Of a stretch of 46,280 nucleotides of DNA, positions 28,575-37,394 are shown piece after piece. A program made the position numbers and the translations under genes. This DNA is from Acidimicrobiales bacterium (GTDB lineage: Bacteria; Actinomycetota; Acidimicrobiia; Acidimicrobiales; CADCSY01): positions 1 to 46,280 of the forward strand of contig JBBSLT010000003.1 in assembly GCA_038233555.1 (NCBI GenBank). The letters are read 5' to 3'. The first letter of the stretch is position 1. The number at the start of each line of letters is the position of its first letter. The notes below the pieces were generated by a model that was given only the letters and a program-made list of their open reading frames with translations, was not told where the DNA came from and made no database searches.

Positions 28575-28631
28575 CCCCGTTCTTTGTCGCGTTATGAACA
28601 CCCGGTGTAGCCAACGCGACAAAGAACGGGG
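28575..28631. repeat. 19-bp perfect inverted repeat with 19-nt spacer (REP-like)
   Basis: CCCCGTTCTTTGTCGCGTT (28575-28593) / AACGCGACAAAGAACGGGG (28613-28631). Confidence 0.85.
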
Positions 28632-28654
28632 TGGAGGGCCCGTATTCTTCGTCC

Positions 28655-29119
28655 GTGCGGATAGTCGAGGTGGCGGCGGAGGCGACGTACGACCTGCGCC
28701 GGCAGGTCTTGCGCGAGGGGCGAGCCGACGCCGAGGTCGCCTTCGACGGTGACGATGCTGCCGGGGCGCATCACCTGGCCGTGGTGGACGACCGGGAGCG
28801 GCCGCTGGCGGTGGCCACTGCTACCCCGGCCACCTGCCGACGACGGGAGGGCCGGCGGGGATGGAAGGTCCGGGGGATGGCGGTCGCACCGGAGCACCAG
28901 GGCCGGGGCCTCGGCCGCCGGCTGCTGGATGAGATCGAGGTGCGAGCGGCGGCGGCAGGGGTGGAGGTGGTGTGGGCCGACGCACGCGACGACGTCCTTG
29001 CCTTCTACGAGCGCCACCACTGGTCGGTGGAGGGTGAGGGCTACGTCACCCCCGCCACCGGCCTGACCCACCACATGGTCATCCTCGACCTAGCCCCGGC
29101 CAACAGCCGGTGGCGTTGA
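28655..29119 (+). CDS. GNAT family N-acetyltransferase
   Basis: DLRRQVLR, RGMAVAPEHQGRGLG, FYERH. Confidence 0.9.
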   Translation: MRIVEVAAEATYDLRRQVLREGRADAEVAFDGDDAAGAHHLAVVDDRERPLAVATATPATCRRREGRRGWKVRGMAVAPEHQGRGLGRRLLDEIEVRAAAAGVEVVWADARDDVLAFYERHHWSVEGEGYVTPATGLTHHMVILDLAPANSRWR

Positions 29120-29202
29120 GGCGGACCGACAGGTCGCGCCGGCCCTGGCGCAACGGCGCCAGGGTGGCCCGGCACGGTGAGGTCGTGGGTACCGTCGCAC
29201 CC

Positions 29203-29616
29203 ATGTCCCCGGGTGAGCGGTTGGAGGTGAACCGGAGCTGTGCCATCCCCCTGGCTGAGCTGCGCTGGCGCACCAGCCGCAGCGGCGGGCCCGGGGGCCA
29301 ACACGCCAACACCTCCGACACCCGGGTCGAGGTGATCTTCGACGTGGCCACCTCGCCCTCGCTCGGTCCCGGACAGCGTCAACGCCTGCTCGACCGCCTG
29401 GGCGAGCAGGTCCGGGTGGTCGCCTCCGACGAACGCTCCCAGGCCCGCAACCGGGCGCTCGCCCTGGAGCGACTGAGGGTTCGCCTGGCTGCGGCGCTGG
29501 CGGTGAAGCCGTCGCGCCGTCCCACCCGGCCGACCCTCGGCGCCAAGCGCCGCCGGCTGGACGCCAAGAGCCGCCGGGCGGATACCAAGCGCCTGCGCCG
29601 GCCCCCGACCGACTGA
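29203..29616 (+). CDS. arfB: Alternative ribosome rescue factor B
   Basis: SRSGGPGGQHANT, ERSQARNR, basic tail RRPTRPT..KRRRLDAK. Confidence 0.93.
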   Translation: MSPGERLEVNRSCAIPLAELRWRTSRSGGPGGQHANTSDTRVEVIFDVATSPSLGPGQRQRLLDRLGEQVRVVASDERSQARNRALALERLRVRLAAALAVKPSRRPTRPTLGAKRRRLDAKSRRADTKRLRRPPTD

Positions 29617-29636
29617 CGGCTGGCCGGCCCTAATCC

Positions 29637-29840
29637 TCAAGCGGCCTCGAGCTCGTCCACCCGGCGGATGCGCACCACGTCGACGGTGCGGAAGCTGGCC
29701 AGGCGCACGCTCCAGCAGTCGACGACCCGGCGGCCGGCGTCGGTGCTGAAGAAGGTGGTGAGCGGACCTTCGAGCTGATAGGTGTCGGCGCCGGGCACCA
29801 CCACGTTGGCACCGTCGTTGATCGTCACTTCGTAGCCCAT
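29637..29840 (-). CDS. Small hypothetical protein
   Basis: MGYEVTIND..ADTYQLEGPLTTFF..SVRLASFRT; GC-rich third codon positions. Confidence 0.6.
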   Translation of the reverse strand: MGYEVTINDGANVVVPGADTYQLEGPLTTFFSTDAGRRVVDCWSVRLASFRTVDVVRIRRVDELEAA

Positions 29841-29888
29841 GAAGGCATCATGGACGACCGGGGCTGGGGGCATCCAGAGGAGGAACCT

Positions 29889-30581
29889 GTGACTTTCGCG
29901 CACCAGGCTGGGGACAAAGAAGCTGTGGCGGCGGCGGAGGCCGACCTCGGGGGGCGACACCCGGCGCTGGCGACGCTCATCGCCCGCTGTGGGCCGTGCA
30001 CGCTGGCCTCTCGTCGTGGCCCCGCGGGCAGCCACCTCGAGGCCCTGGCCTCGGCCATCGTGTCCCAGCAGTTGGCCGGGCGGGCGGCCGCCGCCATCTG
30101 GGGCCGCGTCCGCGACCTGGACCCCGAGGGCTTCAGCGCCGCCACCGTGGCTGGCCTCGAGCCCGCAGCTCTGCGGGCGGCCGGCCTGTCGGGGGCCAAG
30201 GCGGCGGCTCTCACCGATCTGGCCCACCGCGTCCTCTCCGGTCACCTCGATCTGGAGGAGGTGGCCGGTATGGACGACGAGGAGGTCATCGCCCGGCTCA
30301 GCGAGGTGCGGGGCATCGGGCGCTGGACGGCGCAGATGTTTCTCATGTTCCGCCTCGGGCGCCTGAACGTGTGGCCGGCCGGCGATCTCGGAGTCCGTCG
30401 GGGCTATGCGGTGATCTGGGGCCTGGTCGAGGCTCCCACGGCCATCGCCCTGGAGGAGCTGGGAGAGGAGTTCCGGCCTTGGCGCTCGGTGGCCGCCTGG
30501 TACTGCTGGCGGGCCGTCGACACCGTGACCCCGCTCGCTCCGGTAGCCACCGAGCCAACCGAAGCGACCAGGCTTGCATGA
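29889..30581 (+). CDS. alkA: DNA-3-methyladenine glycosylase II (AlkA/HhH-GPD)
   Basis: IVSQQL, GLSGAK, RGIGRWTA, PAGDLGV, PWRSVAAWY; start approximate. Confidence 0.88.
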   Translation: MTFAHQAGDKEAVAAAEADLGGRHPALATLIARCGPCTLASRRGPAGSHLEALASAIVSQQLAGRAAAAIWGRVRDLDPEGFSAATVAGLEPAALRAAGLSGAKAAALTDLAHRVLSGHLDLEEVAGMDDEEVIARLSEVRGIGRWTAQMFLMFRLGRLNVWPAGDLGVRRGYAVIWGLVEAPTAIALEELGEEFRPWRSVAAWYCWRAVDTVTPLAPVATEPTEATRLA

Positions 30582-30583
30582 AC

Positions 30584-30601
30584 CTACCTACTGGTAGGTA
30601 G
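30584..30601. promoter_or_regulatory. Palindromic operator upstream of the desaturase
   Basis: CTACCTAC-TG-GTAGGTAG perfect 8-bp inverted repeat just before RBS AGGAG. Confidence 0.65.
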
Positions 30602-30611
30602 ACTAGGAGTC

Positions 30612-31544
30612 ATGGACTCCGACGCTGCCCTTCTGCACGAGCTGTCCCCTGTCGCCGAAGATCTGCTCGAGCGCCACCTCTCCAACGCCAAGGAGTGGTT
30701 CCCCCATGAGCTGGTGCCGTGGAGCCTCGGACGAGACTTCGAGGCGGGTGAGGAGTGGGACGCCAGCGAGGCCCCCATGGACGAGGCGGTGCGAAGCGCC
30801 CTGTTCGTGAACCTCCTCACCGAGGACAACCTGCCGCACTACTTCCGCACCATCAACGGCCTCTTCGGCATCGACGACGCCTGGGGAGCGTGGTCGAAGC
30901 GCTGGACGGCGGAGGAGGGGCGCCACGCCATCGTCATCCGTGACTACCTCACCGTCACCCGCAGCGTGGATCCCATCGCCCTGGAACGGGGCCGGATGGT
31001 GCAGGTGAGCCGGGGCGAGGTTCCCGAGCCCGAGTCGGTCATCGACGGGCTGGTCTACGTCTCCCTCCAGGAGCTGGCCACCCGCATCTCTCACGGCAAC
31101 ACCGGGCGTCTGCTCGCCGACCGGCGGGGAAGGGAGATCATGGCCCGGGTGGCGGGAGACGAGAACCTCCATCATGTCTTCTACCGCGACGCCACCGCCG
31201 CCGCCCTAGAGCTCGACCCCTCGCCGGTGGTCATGGCCATCGACCGCCAGGTACGGGGCTTCGAGATGCCCGGCACCGGCATCCCTAACTTCGGCGCCCA
31301 CGCCCGGGCCATCGCCAACGCCGGCATCTACGATTTCCCCAGCCACTACGAACGCATCCTCGTGCCCGTCGTGCTCGGGAACTGGCGCCTGGAGTCGATC
31401 GAGGGCTTGAACCCCGAGGCCGAGGCGGCGAGGGTGCGAGCGCTCACCCACATCGGACGCATCGCCAAGGCCGCCCGGCGGGTCAGCGAACGCCGTGAGA
31501 TGCGTGCCGTTGAGTCCAAGGAGCGCGACCCCGCCCTGGTGTAG
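30612..31544 (+). CDS. Acyl-ACP desaturase (DesA-like)
   Basis: LTEDNLP, WTAEEGRH, QELAT, DENLH di-iron motifs. Confidence 0.95.
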   Translation: MDSDAALLHELSPVAEDLLERHLSNAKEWFPHELVPWSLGRDFEAGEEWDASEAPMDEAVRSALFVNLLTEDNLPHYFRTINGLFGIDDAWGAWSKRWTAEEGRHAIVIRDYLTVTRSVDPIALERGRMVQVSRGEVPEPESVIDGLVYVSLQELATRISHGNTGRLLADRRGREIMARVAGDENLHHVFYRDATAAALELDPSPVVMAIDRQVRGFEMPGTGIPNFGAHARAIANAGIYDFPSHYERILVPVVLGNWRLESIEGLNPEAEAARVRALTHIGRIAKAARRVSERREMRAVESKERDPALV

Positions 31545-31564
31545 GGCACGGTGCGCGTCGCCGC

Positions 31565-32257
31565 TCAGCTCGGAGGGGGAGCGCAGTCGGCGTCCAGCTC
31601 CGGGACCCGGGTACCTACAGTGTCGACCAGGCGCTGGTGGACCTCGTCGGGATCACCCACGCCCTCCACCCGCACGAGGAGACCGAGCTGGTCGAGCCAG
31701 ACCAACAGCGGCGCCGATTCGTGGTCGTAGGCCGCCAGACGTCGGGCGATAGCTGCGTCCGTATCGTCGCTACGCCGGGTCACCGGCCCCCCGCATCGGG
31801 GGCAGCGGGTGATCTCGGCCGCACCCTCTGGGACGCTGAAGGTAGCTCCGCACTTCTGACAGACGCGTCGCGCCGCCAAGCGTGGGAGGACCACGCTGGT
31901 GGGCACGTGGAGCTCGACGGCGACGTCTGCGGCCCGAGCGCCGAGCACCTCGAACAGGGCCTGGCCCTGGGCCAGGGTGCGGGGAAAGCCGTCGAGGAGG
32001 TAGCCGGCCTCGCGGGCCGCGGTGTTGCCCAGGCGGGCCGCGAGGAGGTCGAGGACGACCGCATCGGGGACCAGGGAGCCGGCGTCAAGGTGGGCCGCAA
32101 CCTGGTGGCCCAGATCAGTGCCGTTGGCCGCTTCCGCCCGGAAGAGGTCGCCGGTGGAGATGTGGGGAACCGACAGGCGGGCGGCCAGGCGGGCGCACTG
32201 GGTGCCCTTGCCTGCGCCTTGGCGGCCAAGAACGATCAGCCGGGTTCTGTGCTTCAT
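31565..32257 (-). CDS. adk: Adenylate kinase with zinc LID
   Basis: GRQGAGKGTQ, HISTGDLFR, GSLVPD, LDGFPRT, CQKC..CPRC, RRSDD. Confidence 0.88.
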   Translation of the reverse strand: MKHRTRLIVLGRQGAGKGTQCARLAARLSVPHISTGDLFRAEAANGTDLGHQVAAHLDAGSLVPDAVVLDLLAARLGNTAAREAGYLLDGFPRTLAQGQALFEVLGARAADVAVELHVPTSVVLPRLAARRVCQKCGATFSVPEGAAEITRCPRCGGPVTRRSDDTDAAIARRLAAYDHESAPLLVWLDQLGLLVRVEGVGDPDEVHQRLVDTVGTRVPELDADCAPPPS

Positions 32258-32346
32258 CGTTTCCCCCGCCCTCCGGTCGGTCGAGGCTAACGGCTGCGTC
32301 ACCCCAACTCCACCGGCGGTCAACGTGGCATTCTCCGTCGGGCCCA

Positions 32347-33639
32347 TCAACTTGGACAGCCGGCTGCGACGTCTGGGTCCGACCACGACCAATCCGTGAC
32401 GCTGGCGTCCACGACCGCCGACACCCGAGCCGCGGGATTGGCCATCAACGTCGTCTCCCAGGCCGCCATCCCTCCCGGAGGGATGGCGATGGGTACGGGG
32501 CTCACCAACGCCACCACGCGGTCTGTCCCTACCCCGGCTTGGACTTCGACGGTGGACACGGTGATGGCAGCATCGGCGGCGTTGACGACCGTGCCTCGGA
32601 CCAACATCATGCGCTCACCGGTGACGTCGAGGGCGTTGCTGGGCCCGGCACCAACCATCTCGATGCTCGACACGGTGGCTTCGGGAGGCCTGAGAGGACA
32701 GGCTTCGCCCTGGTCGGGCGGCGTTGGTGGATCAGGAGGGGTCGAGGCCTTCGGTGGCCCGGTCGGCAAGGGCTGGGTCGGCGGACCGTCGACCGAGCGT
32801 GGCGGATCGGGCGGAGACGGCTGGACCCGGCCCGGAGCTGGGCGCTGGGTGCCGGACGGATCGGGGATGGCTTGGGGCTGTTCTGTCGTCGTCTCCGGCG
32901 TCGTGTCCCCTGGCTCCGGGCCCGGGGAACGCCCCGGGGCGTCATCCCCGGGTGCGCTCGGGTCGTCGGTGGTCACCGGAGCATCTTCACCGGCCAGGGC
33001 AGTCGACGCCGGCGGCGTCGTCGTCGCCACGGTGGCCCACGGCGCCCGACCGTCGGGGGCCGACGGTGCAGCCACGGTGCGCAAGGAGGTGGCGGGATCC
33101 CCCGACGGTGCCGTGGCCATGGCCATGGCCGCCAGCACCACCCCCAGAGCGATCAGAACCCGGTGCCTCCGAGCATCGTGTCGCGCCACCGCTCCTGTGG
33201 ACCTGCCCATCGGTGCCGAGCGACTAGGCGTCGAACTGGCGGGCTCGCGCTCGAGGACGGTCATGAGGTTGGCCAGGAACCGGGATGGGGCCAAGGTGGC
33301 ATCGCCGGCGTGGGTGCCGGCCACCACGACGGCGTCGCCCTGCGCATGCACCGCTTCCACAGAGACGAGGTGCTGGAGTAGGCGCACGGCGTGGTCGACT
33401 TCGACGTCGAGCTCCCGGGCGAGGGAGTCCAGCGGGAGGCGGACCCGGCCGGCCTCATCGGCGTGGTCGAGGAGCAGGCCGAGCAGGCTCAGGGCGGCTA
33501 GGCGTTCGCCCCGGTCGGCGCAGGTGGACAGCAGGCGGGCCGACGCAGTGCCGATGACGTCGTCCCCGTCGATCAGGTCCCAGCCTGAGCCGGCCACGCC
33601 CGGAGTGGCGGTACCGGCCTGGTTGTCTCGTCTCGTCAC
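32347..33639 (-). CDS. Hypothetical membrane protein: HTH-like N-terminus, TM helix, Pro/Thr linker, beta-rich C-terminal domain
   Basis: GTGA overlap with upstream stop; LDSLARELDV; VLIALGVVLAAMAMA; VRGTVVN. Confidence 0.6.
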   Translation of the reverse strand: MTRRDNQAGTATPGVAGSGWDLIDGDDVIGTASARLLSTCADRGERLAALSLLGLLLDHADEAGRVRLPLDSLARELDVEVDHAVRLLQHLVSVEAVHAQGDAVVVAGTHAGDATLAPSRFLANLMTVLEREPASSTPSRSAPMGRSTGAVARHDARRHRVLIALGVVLAAMAMATAPSGDPATSLRTVAAPSAPDGRAPWATVATTTPPASTALAGEDAPVTTDDPSAPGDDAPGRSPGPEPGDTTPETTTEQPQAIPDPSGTQRPAPGRVQPSPPDPPRSVDGPPTQPLPTGPPKASTPPDPPTPPDQGEACPLRPPEATVSSIEMVGAGPSNALDVTGERMMLVRGTVVNAADAAITVSTVEVQAGVGTDRVVALVSPVPIAIPPGGMAAWETTLMANPAARVSAVVDASVTDWSWSDPDVAAGCPS

Positions 33640-34403
33640 CGCCGGCTCCACATCCCCTGGTCTTCCAGGACCTGCTTGAGCACGGTGGGCCGGTCGGTCA
33701 TGATCCCGTCCACGCCGAGGTCGAGCAACCGGCTCATCTCCGAGGCGTCGTCGATGGTCCACGCATGGACCTGCATGCCCCGCTGATGGGCGGCATCGAT
33801 CAGGCGGGCGTCGATGACGGCGACGCCGCGGGTGGCGACGGGAACCTGCACGCAAGCGGCACGGAGGCGACCCGTGGGTACCCCCATGGTGGCGGCCTTG
33901 AGCCGGGCCACGCCGAGGGGCCCGAGCGAGAGGCACAGGTTCGGGCCCACCTCCCGGCGTACGCGGGCCAGTCGCCGGTCGGAGAAGGCACCCACGCAGA
34001 CTCGATCGACTGCTCCCGTCTGGCGGAGCGTATCGACCAGCGGCGCCACGGCCGCATCATGCTTGGGATCGATGTTGACCCGGACCGAGGGCCAAGTGCC
34101 GAGGAGGTCCTCTAGACGGGGTATCGGATGGAGACCGTCGACGCGGGCGGAGCGTACGACTGACCACGGTAGATCGGCGATGCACCCGCTGTAGTCGGTC
34201 ATGCGGTCGAGCTCGTTGTCGTGAAAGGCGACCAGGACGCCGTCGGCGGTGGCGTGGACATCGGTCTCGAGGAAGTCGTAGCCGAGCGAGACGGCGTGCT
34301 CGAAGGCCACCATCGTGTTCTCGGGGTGCTCACGGCCTCCGCCCTGATGGGCGAAGGCGAGGGGACCCGGGTGGTCGAGGAAGGGCCAAGGCGAAGACGG
34401 CAC
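33636..34403 (-). CDS. Glycerophosphodiester phosphodiesterase
   Basis: AHQGG, ENT, ETDVH..DG..FHD, WTID, GVDGIMTDRP. Confidence 0.93.
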   Translation of the reverse strand: MPSSPWPFLDHPGPLAFAHQGGGREHPENTMVAFEHAVSLGYDFLETDVHATADGVLVAFHDNELDRMTDYSGCIADLPWSVVRSARVDGLHPIPRLEDLLGTWPSVRVNIDPKHDAAVAPLVDTLRQTGAVDRVCVGAFSDRRLARVRREVGPNLCLSLGPLGVARLKAATMGVPTGRLRAACVQVPVATRGVAVIDARLIDAAHQRGMQVHAWTIDDASEMSRLLDLGVDGIMTDRPTVLKQVLEDQGMWSRR

Positions 34404-34511
34404 GGCCGCTCCACGTTAGCCAGCAGTCGCACCCGGCTGGTCCCAAGCTTCCGGCGGCCCATCAGTCCGAGTGCATGGGGAGCGGCACGGGCGATCGCTA
34501 CGGTGACCACA

Positions 34512-35324
34512 GTGAACGTGACCCAACGCTTCATCGCCCTCGTGGGCGGTCCTGGCGGTGTCGGCCCGCTCGACGAGGCCACCCTGCTGATCGCCGCCCA
34601 CGCCCGGCCCGACCTCGACGTCGCCGCCGAGCGGTCCCGCCTCGATGAGCTGGCGGCAGGGGTGGCGGCTCCCACCTTGGACGCTCTGCGCACCCATCTC
34701 TTCGGCGAACTTGGCTACGCTGGGAACCAAGTCGACTACTACGACCCCCGCAACTCCTATCTGGACCAGGTCGTCAAGCGACGGGTGGGAATTCCCATCA
34801 CGCTGGCGGTCCTGATGCTCGAGGTGGGACGCCGGATCGGGGTGCCGCTGGCCGGGGTATCGATGCCCGGCCACTTCGTCGTACGAGACAAGGTCGACCG
34901 CGACGTCTTCGTCGATCCGTTCGCACGTGGCGCCGTGGTTGATCGTACCGCCATCGAGGCCCGGTTTCGAGCAAGCCAGCCGCCCGACGCCGCCTTCGAC
35001 CCGGCCTACCTCGATCCTGTTCCCGCCTCGGCCGTGATAGCCCGCATGCTCGCCAACCTCGACGCCATCGCCGCCGCCCGGTCGGATCGGGCCATGCTGG
35101 AATGGGTGGTGCGCCTGCGGGTGGCCATGCCCGGCGCGCCGGCGTCATTGCACCGCCGGCTATCCGGCGTGTTGGCGGCACGCGGACGCTTCGACGCCGC
35201 CGCCGACGTCCTGGAGCGCCTGGACGCCTTGGGGACCAGCGTGTTGGGGACCGACGCCTCAGGCGTCGACGGGCGTCCCGACGATCTTGCCCTCGCCCAT
35301 CGCCTGCGGGCCCGCCTCAATTGA
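34512..35324 (+). CDS. SirB1/transglutaminase-like domain protein
   Basis: GN..DYYDPRNSYL..RRVGIPITL..MPGHF..RMLANL. Confidence 0.9.
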   Translation: MNVTQRFIALVGGPGGVGPLDEATLLIAAHARPDLDVAAERSRLDELAAGVAAPTLDALRTHLFGELGYAGNQVDYYDPRNSYLDQVVKRRVGIPITLAVLMLEVGRRIGVPLAGVSMPGHFVVRDKVDRDVFVDPFARGAVVDRTAIEARFRASQPPDAAFDPAYLDPVPASAVIARMLANLDAIAAARSDRAMLEWVVRLRVAMPGAPASLHRRLSGVLAARGRFDAAADVLERLDALGTSVLGTDASGVDGRPDDLALAHRLRARLN

Positions 35325-35355
35325 GCATCGATTTCCGGCCCGTCGTCACCCCGGC

Positions 35356-36204
35356 ATGACCCCGCCGACGACCGCCTTCGTCTTGGGGGGGGCGGGCAAC
35401 ATGGGTGCGGTCCAGCTGGGGATGTTGCGGGCCTTGCTCGAGCGCCAGGTGGTGCCCGATCTGGTGGTGGGTTGCTCGGCGGGGGCGCTCAACGGTGGTG
35501 CCATCGCCTCGGCCCCCACCCTGGCCACCCTCGCCCGCCTCGAGACTCTCTGGACCGACCTCTCCCGCCACGACGTGTGGCCGACGCGCACCCTGGCCAG
35601 CGCCGTGCAGCTGCTGCGCCGCCAACCGGCGGTGAATGACAACGAGGGCCTGCGCCGAGTGGTCGAGCGCTTCCTTCCCGGCGCCTCCTTCGCCGACCTG
35701 GAGATCCCCTTCGCCTGTGTGGCGACTTCCCTCGTCACTGGCCGCGAGCGCTGGTTCAGCGAGGGTCCGCTGGTGGAGGCGGTCCTGGCCTCCTCGGCCC
35801 TGCCTGGCCTGCTCCCGCCCGTCGAGATCGACGGCGAGGCCTTCATCGACGGCGCCACCGTGTGTGTCGTGCCCGTGGCCAAGGCGCTGGAGCTGGGAGC
35901 GACACGGGTGTTCATCCTTCAGATCAAGGACCTCGACGCCGTTCCTCGCCGACCCCGCCGCCCGATCGAGGTGATCCAGCGGGCGTTCGCCATCTCTCGC
36001 AACGCCCGCTTCGTCCACGATATGGCGACCCTGCCTGAGGGGGTGGAGGCCTACGTCCTGCCGTCGGTGCCGTGGCCACGCATGCGCTACGACGGCTTCA
36101 GCCGGACGCCTGAGCTCGTCGAGCGGGCCCACGCCGCCGCCGCCGCCTACCTCGAGACCCGAGACATCGGCCGTTCCCCCCGAAGCGGCGTCGACCGGGG
36201 ATAG
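35356..36204 (+). CDS. Patatin-like phospholipase
   Basis: LGGAG..GA, GCSAG, ASSALPG, DGA. Confidence 0.9.
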   Translation: MTPPTTAFVLGGAGNMGAVQLGMLRALLERQVVPDLVVGCSAGALNGGAIASAPTLATLARLETLWTDLSRHDVWPTRTLASAVQLLRRQPAVNDNEGLRRVVERFLPGASFADLEIPFACVATSLVTGRERWFSEGPLVEAVLASSALPGLLPPVEIDGEAFIDGATVCVVPVAKALELGATRVFILQIKDLDAVPRRPRRPIEVIQRAFAISRNARFVHDMATLPEGVEAYVLPSVPWPRMRYDGFSRTPELVERAHAAAAAYLETRDIGRSPRSGVDRG

Positions 36205-36214
36205 CGTCGCAGGC

Positions 36215-36655
36215 GTGACCGACGCCCGTCCCGTGAACCTAAGCACCTCCGGCCCGCCCGAGACGGTCCTCGAACCCGAGCCGGACGAGGTGCTGGCGGC
36301 GCTGGCCTCGGCCCTCGACGTTCCCGAGGATCGCCGTCGCCAGGCCGTGTCCGCAGTGGTGGCACGCTTTCCCCGCTTCCTCGACGGCTGGGCCCAGCTT
36401 GGTGCGCTAGCCCGTGACGAGGTCGAGGCCTACGCCTGCTACCGGGTGGGCTATCACCGCGGCCTCGACCGCCTGCGCCAATCCGGTTGGCGGGGGTCGG
36501 GCTTCGTTCGCTGGCGTCACCCCACCAACCAGGGCTTCCTGCGCGCGGTCCAGGGCCTGGCCCGCCAGGCCGCCACCATCGGCGAGACCGATGAGGCCCA
36601 GCGGTGCCGCCAGTTCCTCGACCAGCTCGACCCGGACCTCCGAGGCGAGGCCTGA
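36215..36655 (+). CDS. DUF3151 family protein
   Basis: AYACYRVGYHRGLDRLRQSGWRGSG.V.W.H..NQGFLR. Confidence 0.88.
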   Translation: MTDARPVNLSTSGPPETVLEPEPDEVLAALASALDVPEDRRRQAVSAVVARFPRFLDGWAQLGALARDEVEAYACYRVGYHRGLDRLRQSGWRGSGFVRWRHPTNQGFLRAVQGLARQAATIGETDEAQRCRQFLDQLDPDLRGEA

Positions 36656-36690
36656 GCAGGCGCAGCACCGCCGGTCGCCGCTCCGCCCCA

Positions 36691-37344
36691 GTGATCGGTC
36701 GACTGCTGATCGTCGCCCTGTGCCTCGCGGTCGTCGGCTGCGCCCCTGGGGGGAGCGATGGAGGGGCGTTGGCCCGCAGGGTAGCGACGACCACGGTGGC
36801 GCCCGGCCCCCTTCCTAGCACCACCCCGGCGCCCAGCGTCCCCACCACCAGCGGGTCGTCCTCCTCGACGGTCCCGACGTCGGGGGAGGTGGTGCTGGAG
36901 CCGGACGGACTGGCCGTGGTCGCCTTCGGCGACGAGGCCGGCGTCGTCGTGGCCGAGCTGGCCACCCGCCTCGGCCCACCCACCGACGACGACGCCCTGC
37001 CTGCGTGTGCGAGTGGCGAGCTCGACCGCCTGATCGAGTTCGCCGAGCTGTCGGTGCTGGTCGCCACGAACGATGGGGTCGAGCGCTTCGTGGCCTGGGA
37101 CCTCGGCCCCTCCTCGGGCGTCTCGGTCCGCCTGGCGACGGCCGAGGGCATCAGCGTCGGGTCGACCCTGGCCCAGTTGCGCTCGGCCTACGGTGAGCGC
37201 CTCGACCTCTTAGCGGACGATCCCTTCGGTCCCCGCTTCGAGATCGACGTCGAGGGCCAGGGCCGCCTGGGCGGCACCCTGACCGGAACCGGGGCCGGTG
37301 ACACCGTCGCCACCTTGTCCGGCGGTAACGCCAGCTGCGCCTAG
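36691..37344 (+). CDS. Putative lipoprotein
   Basis: Signal peptide ending VVGC, Thr/Pro linker, TAEGISVGST..LRSAYG. Confidence 0.65.
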   Translation: MIGRLLIVALCLAVVGCAPGGSDGGALARRVATTTVAPGPLPSTTPAPSVPTTSGSSSSTVPTSGEVVLEPDGLAVVAFGDEAGVVVAELATRLGPPTDDDALPACASGELDRLIEFAELSVLVATNDGVERFVAWDLGPSSGVSVRLATAEGISVGSTLAQLRSAYGERLDLLADDPFGPRFEIDVEGQGRLGGTLTGTGAGDTVATLSGGNASCA

Positions 37345-37394
37345 TTACAGCTAGTTACGGCTAGTTACGGCTAGTTACGGCTAGTTATGGCTAG
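37341..37394. repeat. 10-bp tandem repeat CTAGTTACGG, five copies plus partial
   Basis: ctagttacag ctagttacgg ctagttacgg ctagttacgg ctagttatgg ctag. Confidence 0.95.

Noticed and set aside
26617-28614. Mercuric reductase, or a 665-aa extended protein
   Set aside because: No C-terminal Cys pair or mer genes; the upstream extension overlaps two plus-strand genes.
37341-37394. CRISPR array
   Set aside because: 10-bp units without spacers and no cas genes.
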